Positions 31,805 through 42,297 of a DNA stretch of 64,000 bases are shown piece after piece. The position numbers were made by a program, and so were the translations under genes. Position 1 is the stretch's first letter. Each line of letters opens with the position of its first letter. Origin of the DNA: Candidatus Thorarchaeota archaeon (GTDB lineage: Archaea; Asgardarchaeota; Thorarchaeia; Thorarchaeales; Thorarchaeaceae); NCBI GenBank assembly GCA_963726195.1, contig CAVSBO010000004.1, positions 320,001 to 384,000 on the forward strand, read 5' to 3'. The notes below the pieces were generated by a model, which saw only the letters and a list, made by a program, of their open reading frames with translations, was not told the origin of the DNA and searched no databases.

Positions 31805-33192
31805 TTGATTGAACTTCGTGGATTACTCTACAAGACTTTGGAGAATATAGTTGGGCCGGAAAACGTATCCGACAAGGATTTTGACCTTGAGGCCTACACT
31901 CGGGACTTGAGTTCAGCTCCAGAAAAGAGAGCGTCGTTTGTTGTCCGACCCAGTACAACAGAGCAGGTTTCAACCATCCTTAGAGTGGCAAACCGGTATA
32001 GGATACCGGTCTATATCAGAGGTGGTGGTACCTCGCACTGGGGAGAATGGCTTCCGGTGCAGGGTGGAATACTGATGGATATGACCTCATTGAACCAAAT
32101 TGTGGAGATCGATGAGAGGGAATTGACCGCAACAGTTCAAGGCGGCTGTACCTGGTTCAAGCTTAGAAATGAGCTCAAGAAGCACGGTCTATCATGCGAG
32201 CCGAGAGAAATGGGTGGTCGCGCCATAACGGTTGGAGCTAGCATAACGAAAAGGGGTTCAGGTTCCATAGGAGTCACCAAGCGAGGAAGATTAGGATGGG
32301 ACGTTTTGGGTTTAGAGGTTGTCTTGCCTACAGGCGAGATAGTAAAGACAGCCGCCGTCGAGTATCTTGGACTCAGACCTTTCGACAGTGGGGGAATAGG
32401 GCCAAACTTGACCCAGTTCTTCATCGGTTCAGGGGGGAGCTGGGAGTGATTACGGAGGTCACCCTGAGAGTCACGCCAATTCCATTGGATGCCTACCTGT
32501 ACTTCGATTTCCCGGGGCTTGATAATGTGGAGAAAGTCGGAGATGAAGTGACCAGACCTGTGGGCGATGAGTTGGTCTTTCATCTGGAGTACACCAAAGG
32601 TGGATGTCTGTCAACTGGAGCGGGGGCAGAATGCAGGGTCTGGACGTATGGTTACACCGAAAAGGAACTTGAGTTTCGTTGCGAGAGGATAAGAGACATC
32701 TGTGAGAAAGCCAGCGGGAAGGAAGGCGATCCCAAGAAAACAGAGGTGAGTCATCATCGCGATCATGGCTATCTATGGGGTGGTCTGACTGACTACTTCG
32801 AGCCGGGCCCAATCGACTATGTCGGCGGATATTGTCCAATCTACTCGCTAAACAAATTCTTTGAAGTTTGGGAAGAGGTTGTGATCAAGAAACACGGTTG
32901 GATTCCTCCTCCAAAGGCCGGCTTCGGGGGATGGTTGATTCCCAGAGGCTGGGGAGTTTTCGGGGAATTTCGTTATATCGACCCGGATGAGCGCCCTCGT
33001 GTCAGAGAAACCGCCGAGGAGCTCACGAAGAGATGGTTTGAGCTTGGTTTCATGCCTTGGCGGTTGGGCGATCACCTGTTCCTAGCGAAATACTCGATTC
33101 CGAAACTTGGCGGCTGGTACGAGCTTGTCAAGCGGTTGAAGAAAGAGCTGGATCCAAACGACATTCTGAATCCCGGGAAAATGATCCGATAA
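31805..33192 (+). CDS. FAD-binding oxidoreductase, GlcD/D-lactate dehydrogenase-like (apparent frameshift near 32435)
   Basis: RGGGT, GLEVVLPTG, FIGSGG-ELGVITE across the shift, LDPNDILNPGK. Confidence 0.85.
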
Positions 33193-33206
33193 ACGGAGGC
33201 AAAGGA

Positions 33207-34349
33207 ATGCAGATTTCTAGTTATTATAACCAAATTTGGAAGTGTGGCAGATGTGGTTACTGTGGGGGAGGCTATCTCGAAGACCGTTGTCCCGCTCGAT
33301 TCTTGGGCCGATTTGAATCCTCGACTGCCAGAGGGAAGCTTCTCATCGCAAGAGCCCTCATGAATGGGGGATTGGGCCCCTCCGCTGAGCTCGCGAATAG
33401 GGTCTATGAATGTACACTCTGTGGATCTTGCGAAACCATCTGCGATAGAATCATCCATTTGGACCTGGTGGATATCCTAGAAGCCCTTAGAGCCGACTTG
33501 GTGGACGCCGGGCTTGGACCAATGCCTAGGCACAAGGAAATACTGGATTGGATCAAGAAAGAACACAACCCGTACATGGAAAAACATGAGGACAGACTGA
33601 AATGGATGCCTCAAGGTAGGAATGTTTCGGGAAGAAGCAAGATACTGTATTTCACGGGATGCACAACTCCATACAGACAGCCTGAGATTTCAAGGGCTTC
33701 TATGCAAGTGATGGAAGCCGCCGGAGTTGAGGCTCTGATTGCTCCCAAAGAATGGTGCTGCGGTTCGATTGCCTTCAGGACCGGTGCAAGAGATGCGGGA
33801 TTGGACCTTGCGAAGCATAACGTTGAATTGTTTAAGTCTCTGGGAGTAAACACCATTGTAACCCATTGTCCGGGATGCTATAGAACGCTCAAGCTGGACT
33901 ATCCCAAGCTTCTGGGAGACATGCCGTGGAAGGTTCTTCACTTCTCGGAGTTTGTTGAGGACCTATTAGACAAAGGCAAGCTTCAGTTCGATGGTCAAAT
34001 CGACGCGAAAGTCACTTACCATGATCCATGCCATCTAGGGAGACACGCAGGTGTGTACGATCCCCCTAGAAGAGTCCTCGAGTCGATACCCGGGTTGCAG
34101 CTTGTAGAGATGGAACGTACACGTGAGGAATCGTGGTGCTGCGGTGCTGGTGGAGGTGTGAAGTCTGCATTCCCTGATTCAGCACTGAAGGTCGCGAATG
34201 AAAGAATCAAGGAGGCCGAGCGGACCGGAGCACAATATCTCGTTACAACTTGTCCATTCTGCAGACAAAACTTGAAGGATTCATCTGATTCGTCGGGTGG
34301 ACATCTACAGGTTTGTGATTTGATGGAGTTGCTGGCGCGCGTGACTTGA
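33207..34349 (+). CDS. Fe-S oxidoreductase with CCG domains (GlcF/HdrD-like)
   Basis: CGRCGYC, CTLCGSC..C, WCCG twice, YHDPCHLGR, TCPFC. Confidence 0.9.
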   Translation: MQISSYYNQIWKCGRCGYCGGGYLEDRCPARFLGRFESSTARGKLLIARALMNGGLGPSAELANRVYECTLCGSCETICDRIIHLDLVDILEALRADLVDAGLGPMPRHKEILDWIKKEHNPYMEKHEDRLKWMPQGRNVSGRSKILYFTGCTTPYRQPEISRASMQVMEAAGVEALIAPKEWCCGSIAFRTGARDAGLDLAKHNVELFKSLGVNTIVTHCPGCYRTLKLDYPKLLGDMPWKVLHFSEFVEDLLDKGKLQFDGQIDAKVTYHDPCHLGRHAGVYDPPRRVLESIPGLQLVEMERTREESWCCGAGGGVKSAFPDSALKVANERIKEAERTGAQYLVTTCPFCRQNLKDSSDSSGGHLQVCDLMELLARVT

Positions 34350-34442
34350 GGCGCTTTCAGCTGAATCGTCAGGTCTCTGCGTGTCAATATGCGGGAGAGA
34401 CCATCGACTTCCAATGCAGACAGTATGAGTTAAACGACCATT

Positions 34443-34994
34443 GTGTGCTTATCAAGAATAGGTGCTACAACGATGCAGGCAGACAGGCTGCTCTCTGCTC
34501 TGTGCAAGAAGGCACAGAGTCATGACAGCCTTCCTTGGCTAGCTACATATCTCAGTTGCAGCAGTTTGTCGGGCGAAAGATACACGGAGTCGAGTCCCCC
34601 AGAAGGCAACATCGACACAAAGCAGATTGGGCCTTGGCTCCTAGTGACCGTTAGCATAAGTTACAAAGGAACGACAGATGGTCCCAGCACGGATCGTGCT
34701 GGTGGTGACCCCTATTCTGCACAAGTGCGATACGACTGGATTGGTCCTGCTGCTTCCACCCCCCACACGGTCACGAATCCGGAAGAACTGAATGCATGGG
34801 CCCTCCTCGGCACATTCTATGTCCGCGAGTATACCGATGTGGGGAGTTGGGGAGTGCATGAGGGGAGTTGGGTTCAGAATCTAAGCGAGGATGGAACCGT
34901 GTTCATTCGAGAGGGAAATGGGCGATTCCAGGATGAGCTGCCTGAATCCAAATCGACCCGAAGAAAAGTCGTGCTGAAGATGCCTCAGCGCTGA
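34443..34994 (+). CDS. hypothetical protein
   Basis: 183-aa ORF with no recognisable family; start uncertain. Confidence 0.45.
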   Translation: MCLSRIGATTMQADRLLSALCKKAQSHDSLPWLATYLSCSSLSGERYTESSPPEGNIDTKQIGPWLLVTVSISYKGTTDGPSTDRAGGDPYSAQVRYDWIGPAASTPHTVTNPEELNAWALLGTFYVREYTDVGSWGVHEGSWVQNLSEDGTVFIREGNGRFQDELPESKSTRRKVVLKMPQR

Positions 34995-35399
34995 ACCAAG
35001 AGCAGATATGATAGGTCCCTGCGTTGATGTTCTACAGAGTGGAGCCGATATGAAAAGGCCCCGGGTGACATGAGTCGGTTGGCGATTGCTGGCGGGAGTG
35101 CGATGGCAGTAGTCGCTCTGGTCGTTGTCTACTAGGTGTGTCCAGCGAAGCCGCACATAGTCACCATTGCCCAGAAGCATTCACTATTCGTCATGTCCCG
35201 CGATTGCCTCTGACTCATGGACGCTCTGAGATTCGAGCGATTGTTGGTTAGTTTTTCGCTGATTCTAAAGAAAGGATTGCGATGTACATTATGACCCATT
35301 CCTTATGTACCCGGATGCTCGATTGCTTCAACCGTTAGGGCAAACGGTTTACCGAATTCGGCCTAACGAAATAAGCGGTATTGGAAAGAGGCGATATCG

Positions 35400-35996
35400 A
35401 TGTCGAGCAAAGCTGAAGAAGCGCAGCTGATGCAGGAATTCTTTCAGAAGTATCCGGACATAGGCAAGACGTACAATGAGAACATACTTGCCAGTTTCAA
35501 TAGGAGCCCGAATCTTGCCGAGACAGTACGCGGAATGATAACGTGGCACAACGGCATGATCGACTCACTAGTAGCAAAACCAGTCAAGAGGTTCTTAGAA
35601 GAGACGCTTAAGTCCCCTGCAGGCATGGCTGACAAGAAGGAGTTCAAGGAAGCTGCCGCCAAGTTCAGAGAAGCGATAAAGAAGTCACACGAGAAGGACG
35701 ATGGGTTCAGAAAGCAGCTGAAAGATGATAGCCTGTCGGAGTGGGTTTTCTTCGCCGGAGAATTCCTTACATCCATGCGAGCAGACATGACCAAGATGAA
35801 GGAAGAGCAGAAGAAGTCGAAGGATCTGTACTTGATAGTCTTGCACAGGTACTGCTCCTCTCTGTTCAATGCCGCTAGAAACAGCATCAGGGATGAGACC
35901 GGCGTCAATGATCTCTTCCTGAAGACAACGGAACCTCTAGTCAAGTGGTTGCAGATGATAAAACCTGCGTCAATCGAGGCCATCTGGGGTCTATAA
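35400..35996 (+). CDS. hypothetical alpha-helical protein
   Basis: 198-aa ORF with GAGG upstream, charged and helical. Confidence 0.75.
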   Translation: MSSKAEEAQLMQEFFQKYPDIGKTYNENILASFNRSPNLAETVRGMITWHNGMIDSLVAKPVKRFLEETLKSPAGMADKKEFKEAAAKFREAIKKSHEKDDGFRKQLKDDSLSEWVFFAGEFLTSMRADMTKMKEEQKKSKDLYLIVLHRYCSSLFNAARNSIRDETGVNDLFLKTTEPLVKWLQMIKPASIEAIWGL

Positions 35997-36045
35997 AAAA
36001 GGATTTGGTTTCTTCACTTCAACGAAGCTCAGAGAATAAAGAAGA

Positions 36046-36069
36046 ACGACCCGGAGTTCACCGGGTCGT
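36046..36069 (-). terminator. hairpin plus pyrimidine tract
   Basis: ACGACCCGG-AGTTCA-CCGGGTCGT; minus strand continues TCTTCTTTATTCT. Confidence 0.5.
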
Positions 36070-36084
36070 AAGGAATCTCTAGAC

Positions 36085-38400
36085 CTACTTTATCTTCTTG
36101 ACATAAACGACGTATAAGACCTCAATGGCAATGGCACCCACTGCAACTGGCAGTGCTATGCTGCCAAGCACTGCGAAGATGTCTGGTCCAGGTGCACTCA
36201 GAGGCTGCAGCCAGGCCAGTGTGTGACTCTCCATTGGAGTTATCTGAATCCAGAGGAATCCTGCAGTCGCTAAGATTCGTCCTAACTGGAGATGAAGAAT
36301 CGCGTACTCGGAAATGGCACCGAACTGGAACGAGATTCGAGGCAGAGATCCGACAAGCTCGTCATTCAGGTCCGCCCACAACGTGGAGTGAGTTCTGGAG
36401 TCATAGTGGCTGTAGAGAGTAGCTGTGAACGATGAGACGTCAGCGGTTCTCACAGTAACATTGTACCACGTTCCAGGTGTCATGTTCAGCCTGACTGCGA
36501 TGTAGTTAGGGCTCGTACTCGGCAAATTGAGAGTGAAGTTGTTCGAGGCAGCTATAGTCCGGATGTCTAACGACGCAACCCCGTTGTACCATTTGTCAGT
36601 GTATTGCCGCCAATCAACTGTGAACCTGATTGGGCGGTCGACGTATTCAACAAGGGCGCCAGTGTTGTTATACACACGAAATGACATCGTCAAGAAGGCA
36701 TAGTTGTCCGACCACAAGCGACTTGTGAGAAACGATGACCAATTCGCGTAGGTTGGATGTGGCTTCCAATTAACCCCATCCCACCGGTTGGCGAGAGTGA
36801 CACTAGTACTCCAAATAGGCGTGTAGAACTTGTCGTAGGCTCCTATTTGGATCGTCACTGTGATATTATTGAGCGTGTCGAGGTGCAGTGTCAGGTTGTA
36901 GTACTCACAGGGGCTCGTGGGAACCCTGAAACCACCGAAACGGATCAGGTCAGCCGTCATCGTATCCGTCACTATCGGCGCGAAGCTGAACTCAATGTAC
37001 TCCGATACTGTTCCAGCGATATCAATGAGGACCACATAGTCGCCTGCTCTTAGAAAGTAGCTCGCTGATGCTTGAAGTGTAGAGCCATCTGTTATGCTCT
37101 GAGACTTGAAGAATCCATCCTTGTTGACTCCGAACACTGTAATGCCGAAGTCACTTCCCACACCAGTGGAGTTAGCTTTCAGCACTGAGTCTTGCGCCAC
37201 GTTCAGTCGGTAAGCTTTCTGAATGGCCGTACTGAACGGGTTCTCAAGCAGGAATTCGTGGGTCAGAGGCAGGTCCACGGCGCCGTTGTCCTTGTGGTAC
37301 AAAGTGTACTGGACGTTGTCTCCACCATAGACAGTCACGTAGAGTGGTCCTCCTCTGTAGAAGAACCGTCCATTGCTCGGAGAAACTGAGTCACGCACAT
37401 ACTGAGATCCGCCGTTGTAGTTGTACTCATAGGCGTCACTCGTCAACAAGATGCCTGTCGTTTGAGGGACACCGTTTGACACTTCGGGGTAGTTGAATGC
37501 ATAAGTCACCGATGCAACATCGTCGGGAGATGTCACCTTGTAGGTGTTCACAGTAGGTGCCATCTCTTGATGGACTAGGCTGCCAGTATCACTGCGGACA
37601 ATCAATTCACCAGTCGGAAGTGTCCCTTGCACTACCTCTCCGAGTCCGATTGTCGTAACTGTCGTTGAGACTGGGTACAGGTCAAAGATTGCGAAGGTAC
37701 CTGCGGCGTGATTCGCTTGCAGGACAACAATGTAGTTGCCGGCAATTGCGGGTCTAAAGGGAACAGCGAGTATGTCACCGCCGGTGCCAGAAATTCCATT
37801 CACATGCCTGCCGAGCGGATCATAGACTGTTGCACTCCAAGATAGGCCGTCTTGGAGCGAGCTGACTATGAGGTTTACGAACTCTTGACCGCTTATCGCC
37901 ACCACGCCGAAGTAGACGTACCCGCCTTCCATCACAACACCTGTGTGCTGGCCAACGGTAAGGACGAACGACCTCCGCTCCAAAGTTGTGTTGATGACGG
38001 CACCACTTCCGTCACTCCCAACAAAGTTGAAGAAGTCAGGTAGATATGCGGGATTTCCAAAAGGTCCGTTAGAAAACCCAGAAAACTGCTGCCAATTGAA
38101 GTTCGGGTTGCTTGGAGCTGACAGTGAGCCGGTCGTTCTGGCCCATCCTGTGGCATCATATGAGTAGAGTCGATAGTCTAGGTCTTCATTCACATGCATC
38201 TTGCTTGAGGACGCGAAATCCAATGCGTTCGGCTTGACAAACACATACGTGAAATTGTTAGTTCCGGGCGCTATGGCTTGATTGTATTTCTCAATTACTG
38301 AACTGGCCTGAAGTGCCGATGCTGGAGCAGCAAGAGAGCCCAGCATTAGGAAGAGCGGCACGATTAGGCCCAGCAATATTCTCCTGTCAATGTGTCTCAT
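36085..38400 (-). CDS. large secreted beta-rich surface protein with C-terminal TM anchor
   Basis: Signal peptide, many NxS/T sequons, beta-sandwich-like repeats, C-terminal TM plus KKIK. Confidence 0.8.
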   Translation of the reverse strand: MRHIDRRILLGLIVPLFLMLGSLAAPASALQASSVIEKYNQAIAPGTNNFTYVFVKPNALDFASSSKMHVNEDLDYRLYSYDATGWARTTGSLSAPSNPNFNWQQFSGFSNGPFGNPAYLPDFFNFVGSDGSGAVINTTLERRSFVLTVGQHTGVVMEGGYVYFGVVAISGQEFVNLIVSSLQDGLSWSATVYDPLGRHVNGISGTGGDILAVPFRPAIAGNYIVVLQANHAAGTFAIFDLYPVSTTVTTIGLGEVVQGTLPTGELIVRSDTGSLVHQEMAPTVNTYKVTSPDDVASVTYAFNYPEVSNGVPQTTGILLTSDAYEYNYNGGSQYVRDSVSPSNGRFFYRGGPLYVTVYGGDNVQYTLYHKDNGAVDLPLTHEFLLENPFSTAIQKAYRLNVAQDSVLKANSTGVGSDFGITVFGVNKDGFFKSQSITDGSTLQASASYFLRAGDYVVLIDIAGTVSEYIEFSFAPIVTDTMTADLIRFGGFRVPTSPCEYYNLTLHLDTLNNITVTIQIGAYDKFYTPIWSTSVTLANRWDGVNWKPHPTYANWSSFLTSRLWSDNYAFLTMSFRVYNNTGALVEYVDRPIRFTVDWRQYTDKWYNGVASLDIRTIAASNNFTLNLPSTSPNYIAVRLNMTPGTWYNVTVRTADVSSFTATLYSHYDSRTHSTLWADLNDELVGSLPRISFQFGAISEYAILHLQLGRILATAGFLWIQITPMESHTLAWLQPLSAPGPDIFAVLGSIALPVAVGAIAIEVLYVVYVKKIK

Positions 38401-38632
38401 GACACATCCTCACCTCTTCCGAGGACTATTGTATGAACGGTTATCAATCAATCGTGCACAGACGGACTGGGATTGTTCACTTCTTGCCTTGACATGCAAT
38501 CCGGATGGAGTGTCATGGGCTCCTCGTTCATTTCCACGCGCGAAAAGCCGAGAATGACGTCATGGAAATGTGGCAGGAAATCGGAGCCTATAGTTGTCGG
38601 TGCTGAGCTTACCTGCGAGCAGAAAGACCTGC

Positions 38633-39307
38633 TTACGCCTCAGGCTTGTCTGCAAGAAACAAGTATGCCACAAACCTGCCGACTAGCCCAATTCCTACCC
38701 AGTACAGAAGTACCATGCTTCCCACCACGGGCACATACACATCAATTGACTGTACGTTCAGGATTGGCACAATGTACGTTGCTGGGTAGATGGCCGCGAG
38801 AAGCAGCAGACTCACTATGCCACCGTGGCAGAGTACCGCTCCCCAGTCTCTTCTGCAATAGACTTCCCACAGGTTCTGGACCAGAAACACGTTCATGTAT
38901 CCGACTACTTCGACGATGCCGAACAAGATGATGGCATAGCCAACATAGGTCCCAGTCATACCTCCAAACAGCCTGCCGAAGTAGTTCACGTAAATCCACA
39001 TCCAGAATGATGCTACTACGGCGAATGAGAGATACAGCCCGTGGTAGAGTGCAGTCGGCACATCTCTCCTGATATGGAAATCTCTTATTGGTCTGCTCTT
39101 TCGTATCCGCGCAGCGGCCTCTTTTTCAGCTGATATCGTGACTGCCGAACCTCGGTCCTGTTCAAGCTTCGACGGGACTGAGAGCCACTTCCCGCAGTTC
39201 TGGCACTGAACGGTTCCGTCCGCGGCAATCTTGTTTCTATGATAGAAGTATGTCGCGCCGCAGCTGGGGCATGTGACCGATTGACCTTCTCTGTCATATT
39301 GTTCCAT
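38633..39307 (-). CDS. Zn-ribbon plus 4-TM membrane protein
   Basis: CPSC..CQNC followed by hydrophobic helices; ATG at 39307 after GGAGG. Confidence 0.75.
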   Translation of the reverse strand: MEQYDREGQSVTCPSCGATYFYHRNKIAADGTVQCQNCGKWLSVPSKLEQDRGSAVTISAEKEAAARIRKSRPIRDFHIRRDVPTALYHGLYLSFAVVASFWMWIYVNYFGRLFGGMTGTYVGYAIILFGIVEVVGYMNVFLVQNLWEVYCRRDWGAVLCHGGIVSLLLLAAIYPATYIVPILNVQSIDVYVPVVGSMVLLYWVGIGLVGRFVAYLFLADKPEA

Positions 39308-39482
39308 CCGATTCGCCTCCTTTTGCTCAAGGTCAATTCTCTTGGAATTCGCGCGAGAGGCTATAAAACATCCGAAAACGGAATTCTCTGCAGCTCTTGG
39401 GCCTTGAACTCGGCACTTCGCCCTTTCCAAGCCAAAGGCTTTTCTTTTCCATCGTGGATTTGGCATTCACAGCTCTTCTGAG

Positions 39483-40604
39483 ATGAATTCTGCGTTGGTC
39501 GATGAACGAATTCAGCGTCTCGCTCGCCTCACTATTGAGTACTCAATTGGAGTGTCTAACGGACAGCTAATCGCAATCAACGGACCCACCCTCGCTGAAC
39601 CTTTGGTCCTCGAGCTCGTACGCGAAGTCCTCAAGGCGGGAGGTCACCCGTTCACCATTGTCAGTATCCCCAAGTCGCAGGAGATCTTCTACTCACTCGC
39701 GCAGGATCACCAGCTCGACTACGTCAACCCCATCAACCGCTACGTGTTCGAGACAGTTGACGCATATATCACGGTTTTTGTAACGGATAACCTCAAGATT
39801 CTCTCCGACGTCGACCCCGCACGCATAGCCCGCGCGGCCAAAGCCCAGACCGAGACCCGGAAGATAATGATGCAACGCTTCAAGAAAGGCTGGTACGCGC
39901 TCGTTCCTTTTCCCACACCCAGTCTTGCGCAAGAGGCCTCCATGGGAACAGAAGAGTACGAAGACTTCGTCTATCATGCCTGTCTTGTTGACAGAAAGGA
40001 CCCTGTAAAGGAATGGCAGAAGATCAGCACAGAGCAAGCGAAAGTCAAGAAGTACCTCGACACCAAACGCTCCATACACTTCGTCGGCAATGATGTCGAC
40101 CTCACAGCAAGCGTCGCCGGGCGCCAATGGGTGAACTGTGATGGCCACCTCAACATGCCCGACGGCGAAATCTTCACTTCACCTGTCGAGAATGGGGTGG
40201 AAGGCTCCATCCGCTTCAGCTACCCCGGCATCTACATGAGCAAAGAGGTCGGCGACATAGTCCTCACCTTCAGCAAGGGCAAAGTCATCAAGGCCACAGC
40301 CGCCAAGGGACAGGACCTGCTCGACCAACTCCTCAAGATTGATGAGGGCGCTCAGCGACTCGGCGAAATCTCCATCGGCACGAATCCCGGCATCACCAAA
40401 TTCACAAAGAACATGCTCTTCGACGAGAAGATGTCCGGCACCATTCACTGTGCGCTTGGCAACGGCTTCGAAGAATCCGGCAGCAAGAACGAATCGGCCA
40501 TCCACTGGGATTTGCTTGCGGACATGACACACGGTGGTCAAGTCTATGCCGACGACGAACTCTTCTACAAAGATGGGAAATTCCTGCCAAAGGTTATCGG
40601 TTAG
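39483..40604 (+). CDS. M29-family aminopeptidase (AmpS/AmpT)
   Basis: NMPDGEIFTSP, LGEISIG, FDEK..GT.H.ALG, SAIHWD. Confidence 0.93.
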   Translation: MNSALVDERIQRLARLTIEYSIGVSNGQLIAINGPTLAEPLVLELVREVLKAGGHPFTIVSIPKSQEIFYSLAQDHQLDYVNPINRYVFETVDAYITVFVTDNLKILSDVDPARIARAAKAQTETRKIMMQRFKKGWYALVPFPTPSLAQEASMGTEEYEDFVYHACLVDRKDPVKEWQKISTEQAKVKKYLDTKRSIHFVGNDVDLTASVAGRQWVNCDGHLNMPDGEIFTSPVENGVEGSIRFSYPGIYMSKEVGDIVLTFSKGKVIKATAAKGQDLLDQLLKIDEGAQRLGEISIGTNPGITKFTKNMLFDEKMSGTIHCALGNGFEESGSKNESAIHWDLLADMTHGGQVYADDELFYKDGKFLPKVIG

Positions 40605-40725
40605 GATTTCTGAAAGGTTGTTGGACAAGGTTTCGATAATCACAAGCACTGACGAATCCGGGTACGGAATCCCCTAGAGTGAGCACACTATGAAATGACT
40701 TCTAATGAAGCATCGACCACGCCGA

Positions 40726-42204
40726 CTAGGTGGTCTCTGTGTCATCTGCGGCCAACTGGAAACCGTCTTCTGACGTGGCTTTCTTGATTGTGACCTCGAT
40801 GTCCTTAGCCTTTGGAATCGGGTTTGAGAAGCCGACCCTGATAAGAGCAGTACCTGCGAGAGCGATGACCGATACCAAAGCGAATGTGGGCCCGAATCCG
40901 TATTCAGGAAGGAAAGAGCTGAAGAACCATATCAAGGGGAGTGCACAGAGAACCACGAGCGTGGGCCTTAGAGAATAAAGGCTGTTTCTGATTCTGTTCG
41001 GGATTACGTCTATGAACACACGTTGAGTCAAGATATCGGCGAATGCCCCGAGGAAGTCTGTAACCATGAAGACAAGGAAGATAATCGTCAGCGGTATCAC
41101 AGACTCCGCTGGAACCTCGAAGAGCATGATACTGGTCAGCGGGATGAGAACTGATATCATGTGAGCCTCCTCAAGAGTCGGCGCCTTGAAGATGAATGTG
41201 GTTGCTGAAAGCAACAGAAAGAACGCAAACCCGCCGAACTGCAATAGTCTGAGACGTGGAACCCACTTGACCGGATTGAATCTGCGTGACCAGATTCCAC
41301 TTCGTTCCTGAGCCGCCACGTTCGGAATGAATACCAATGTCCTGAAACCCGAGATACCCACGTAACTCAGAAGATACGTGAAATAGAAAGGAAACAGGAT
41401 GATGTCCCACCATAGTTCTCCGGTGGCAAAGAGAATTGTTTCACCCAGAATGGTGAAGAACACGAAGCGGCTAGAGCCAACGAACTTGAGCCCGTCAATC
41501 AGTACACGCGAGTATCCGCCCGATAGCGCGTTCTGTTTCTTCCGCAGATCCGCTGCTTCTGGAAAATCCTTAATGACCCTCAATACGACTAGAGCGAGAA
41601 CCATGCTCATTATAGCTTGGAACCTGAAAACCCATCTCTCCGAATACATGACGGCGAGCCAAGCACCGGGAAGAAGAACCAGGGTTGACACGATCTGGAA
41701 TATCATTCCAGAGCGACCCTGCATGACGCCATACATTTTCCTGTCTTTGTCATGAGGCATAGCTACGCGGTAGTTGTTGTCGAACCATGCGCCCCAGGCC
41801 CCGCTTTCTTGGGATTGTGCTACTCCCATTACTACGTAGATGACGACAAAAAGCAAGTATGGAGTTTCGGCTGTCACAGTTGATGTCAGCCAGAAGGCAA
41901 TGGCATAGCAGGTAAGCGCCATCGCGATTATGTATCTCTGGCCGATGTAGTCTCCAAGCGCGCCACTAGGATAGTCCAGAACAGTTCTTATGACGAGCTG
42001 GATTATCACTAGGAATCCTACCATGGGTAGGCCTGCCATCAGATCACCGCCACCAAGCGAGGTAGCAATGAAAATCATCCAGAAGGTGGTGGAAATCATG
42101 AACGTCGCTGCCATGGTGGGCATCAGGAGAACCATAGTCCGGACTAACCGGATCGCTTTGTCCGTGGGTTCCTGTAAGCCGAAGAATCTGGCGAATCTGC
42201 CCAT
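40726..42204 (-). CDS. MFS transporter
   Basis: About 12 TM; LDYPSGALGDYIGQR motif A variant. Confidence 0.85.
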   Translation of the reverse strand: MGRFARFFGLQEPTDKAIRLVRTMVLLMPTMAATFMISTTFWMIFIATSLGGGDLMAGLPMVGFLVIIQLVIRTVLDYPSGALGDYIGQRYIIAMALTCYAIAFWLTSTVTAETPYLLFVVIYVVMGVAQSQESGAWGAWFDNNYRVAMPHDKDRKMYGVMQGRSGMIFQIVSTLVLLPGAWLAVMYSERWVFRFQAIMSMVLALVVLRVIKDFPEAADLRKKQNALSGGYSRVLIDGLKFVGSSRFVFFTILGETILFATGELWWDIILFPFYFTYLLSYVGISGFRTLVFIPNVAAQERSGIWSRRFNPVKWVPRLRLLQFGGFAFFLLLSATTFIFKAPTLEEAHMISVLIPLTSIMLFEVPAESVIPLTIIFLVFMVTDFLGAFADILTQRVFIDVIPNRIRNSLYSLRPTLVVLCALPLIWFFSSFLPEYGFGPTFALVSVIALAGTALIRVGFSNPIPKAKDIEVTIKKATSEDGFQLAADDTETT

Positions 42205-42297
42205 GGCTGGATATCTCTTTCTATTTCTTCAGTTCCCGAAGTCTCTCCATTAAGAAGCTTGGCATGACCGCCATGCTCTTCCAATGCCGGCCAACTC

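Noticed and set aside
36085-36100. C-terminal KKxx as an ER-retrieval-like signal
   Set aside because: Explained by the ordinary positive-inside rule after a TM anchor.
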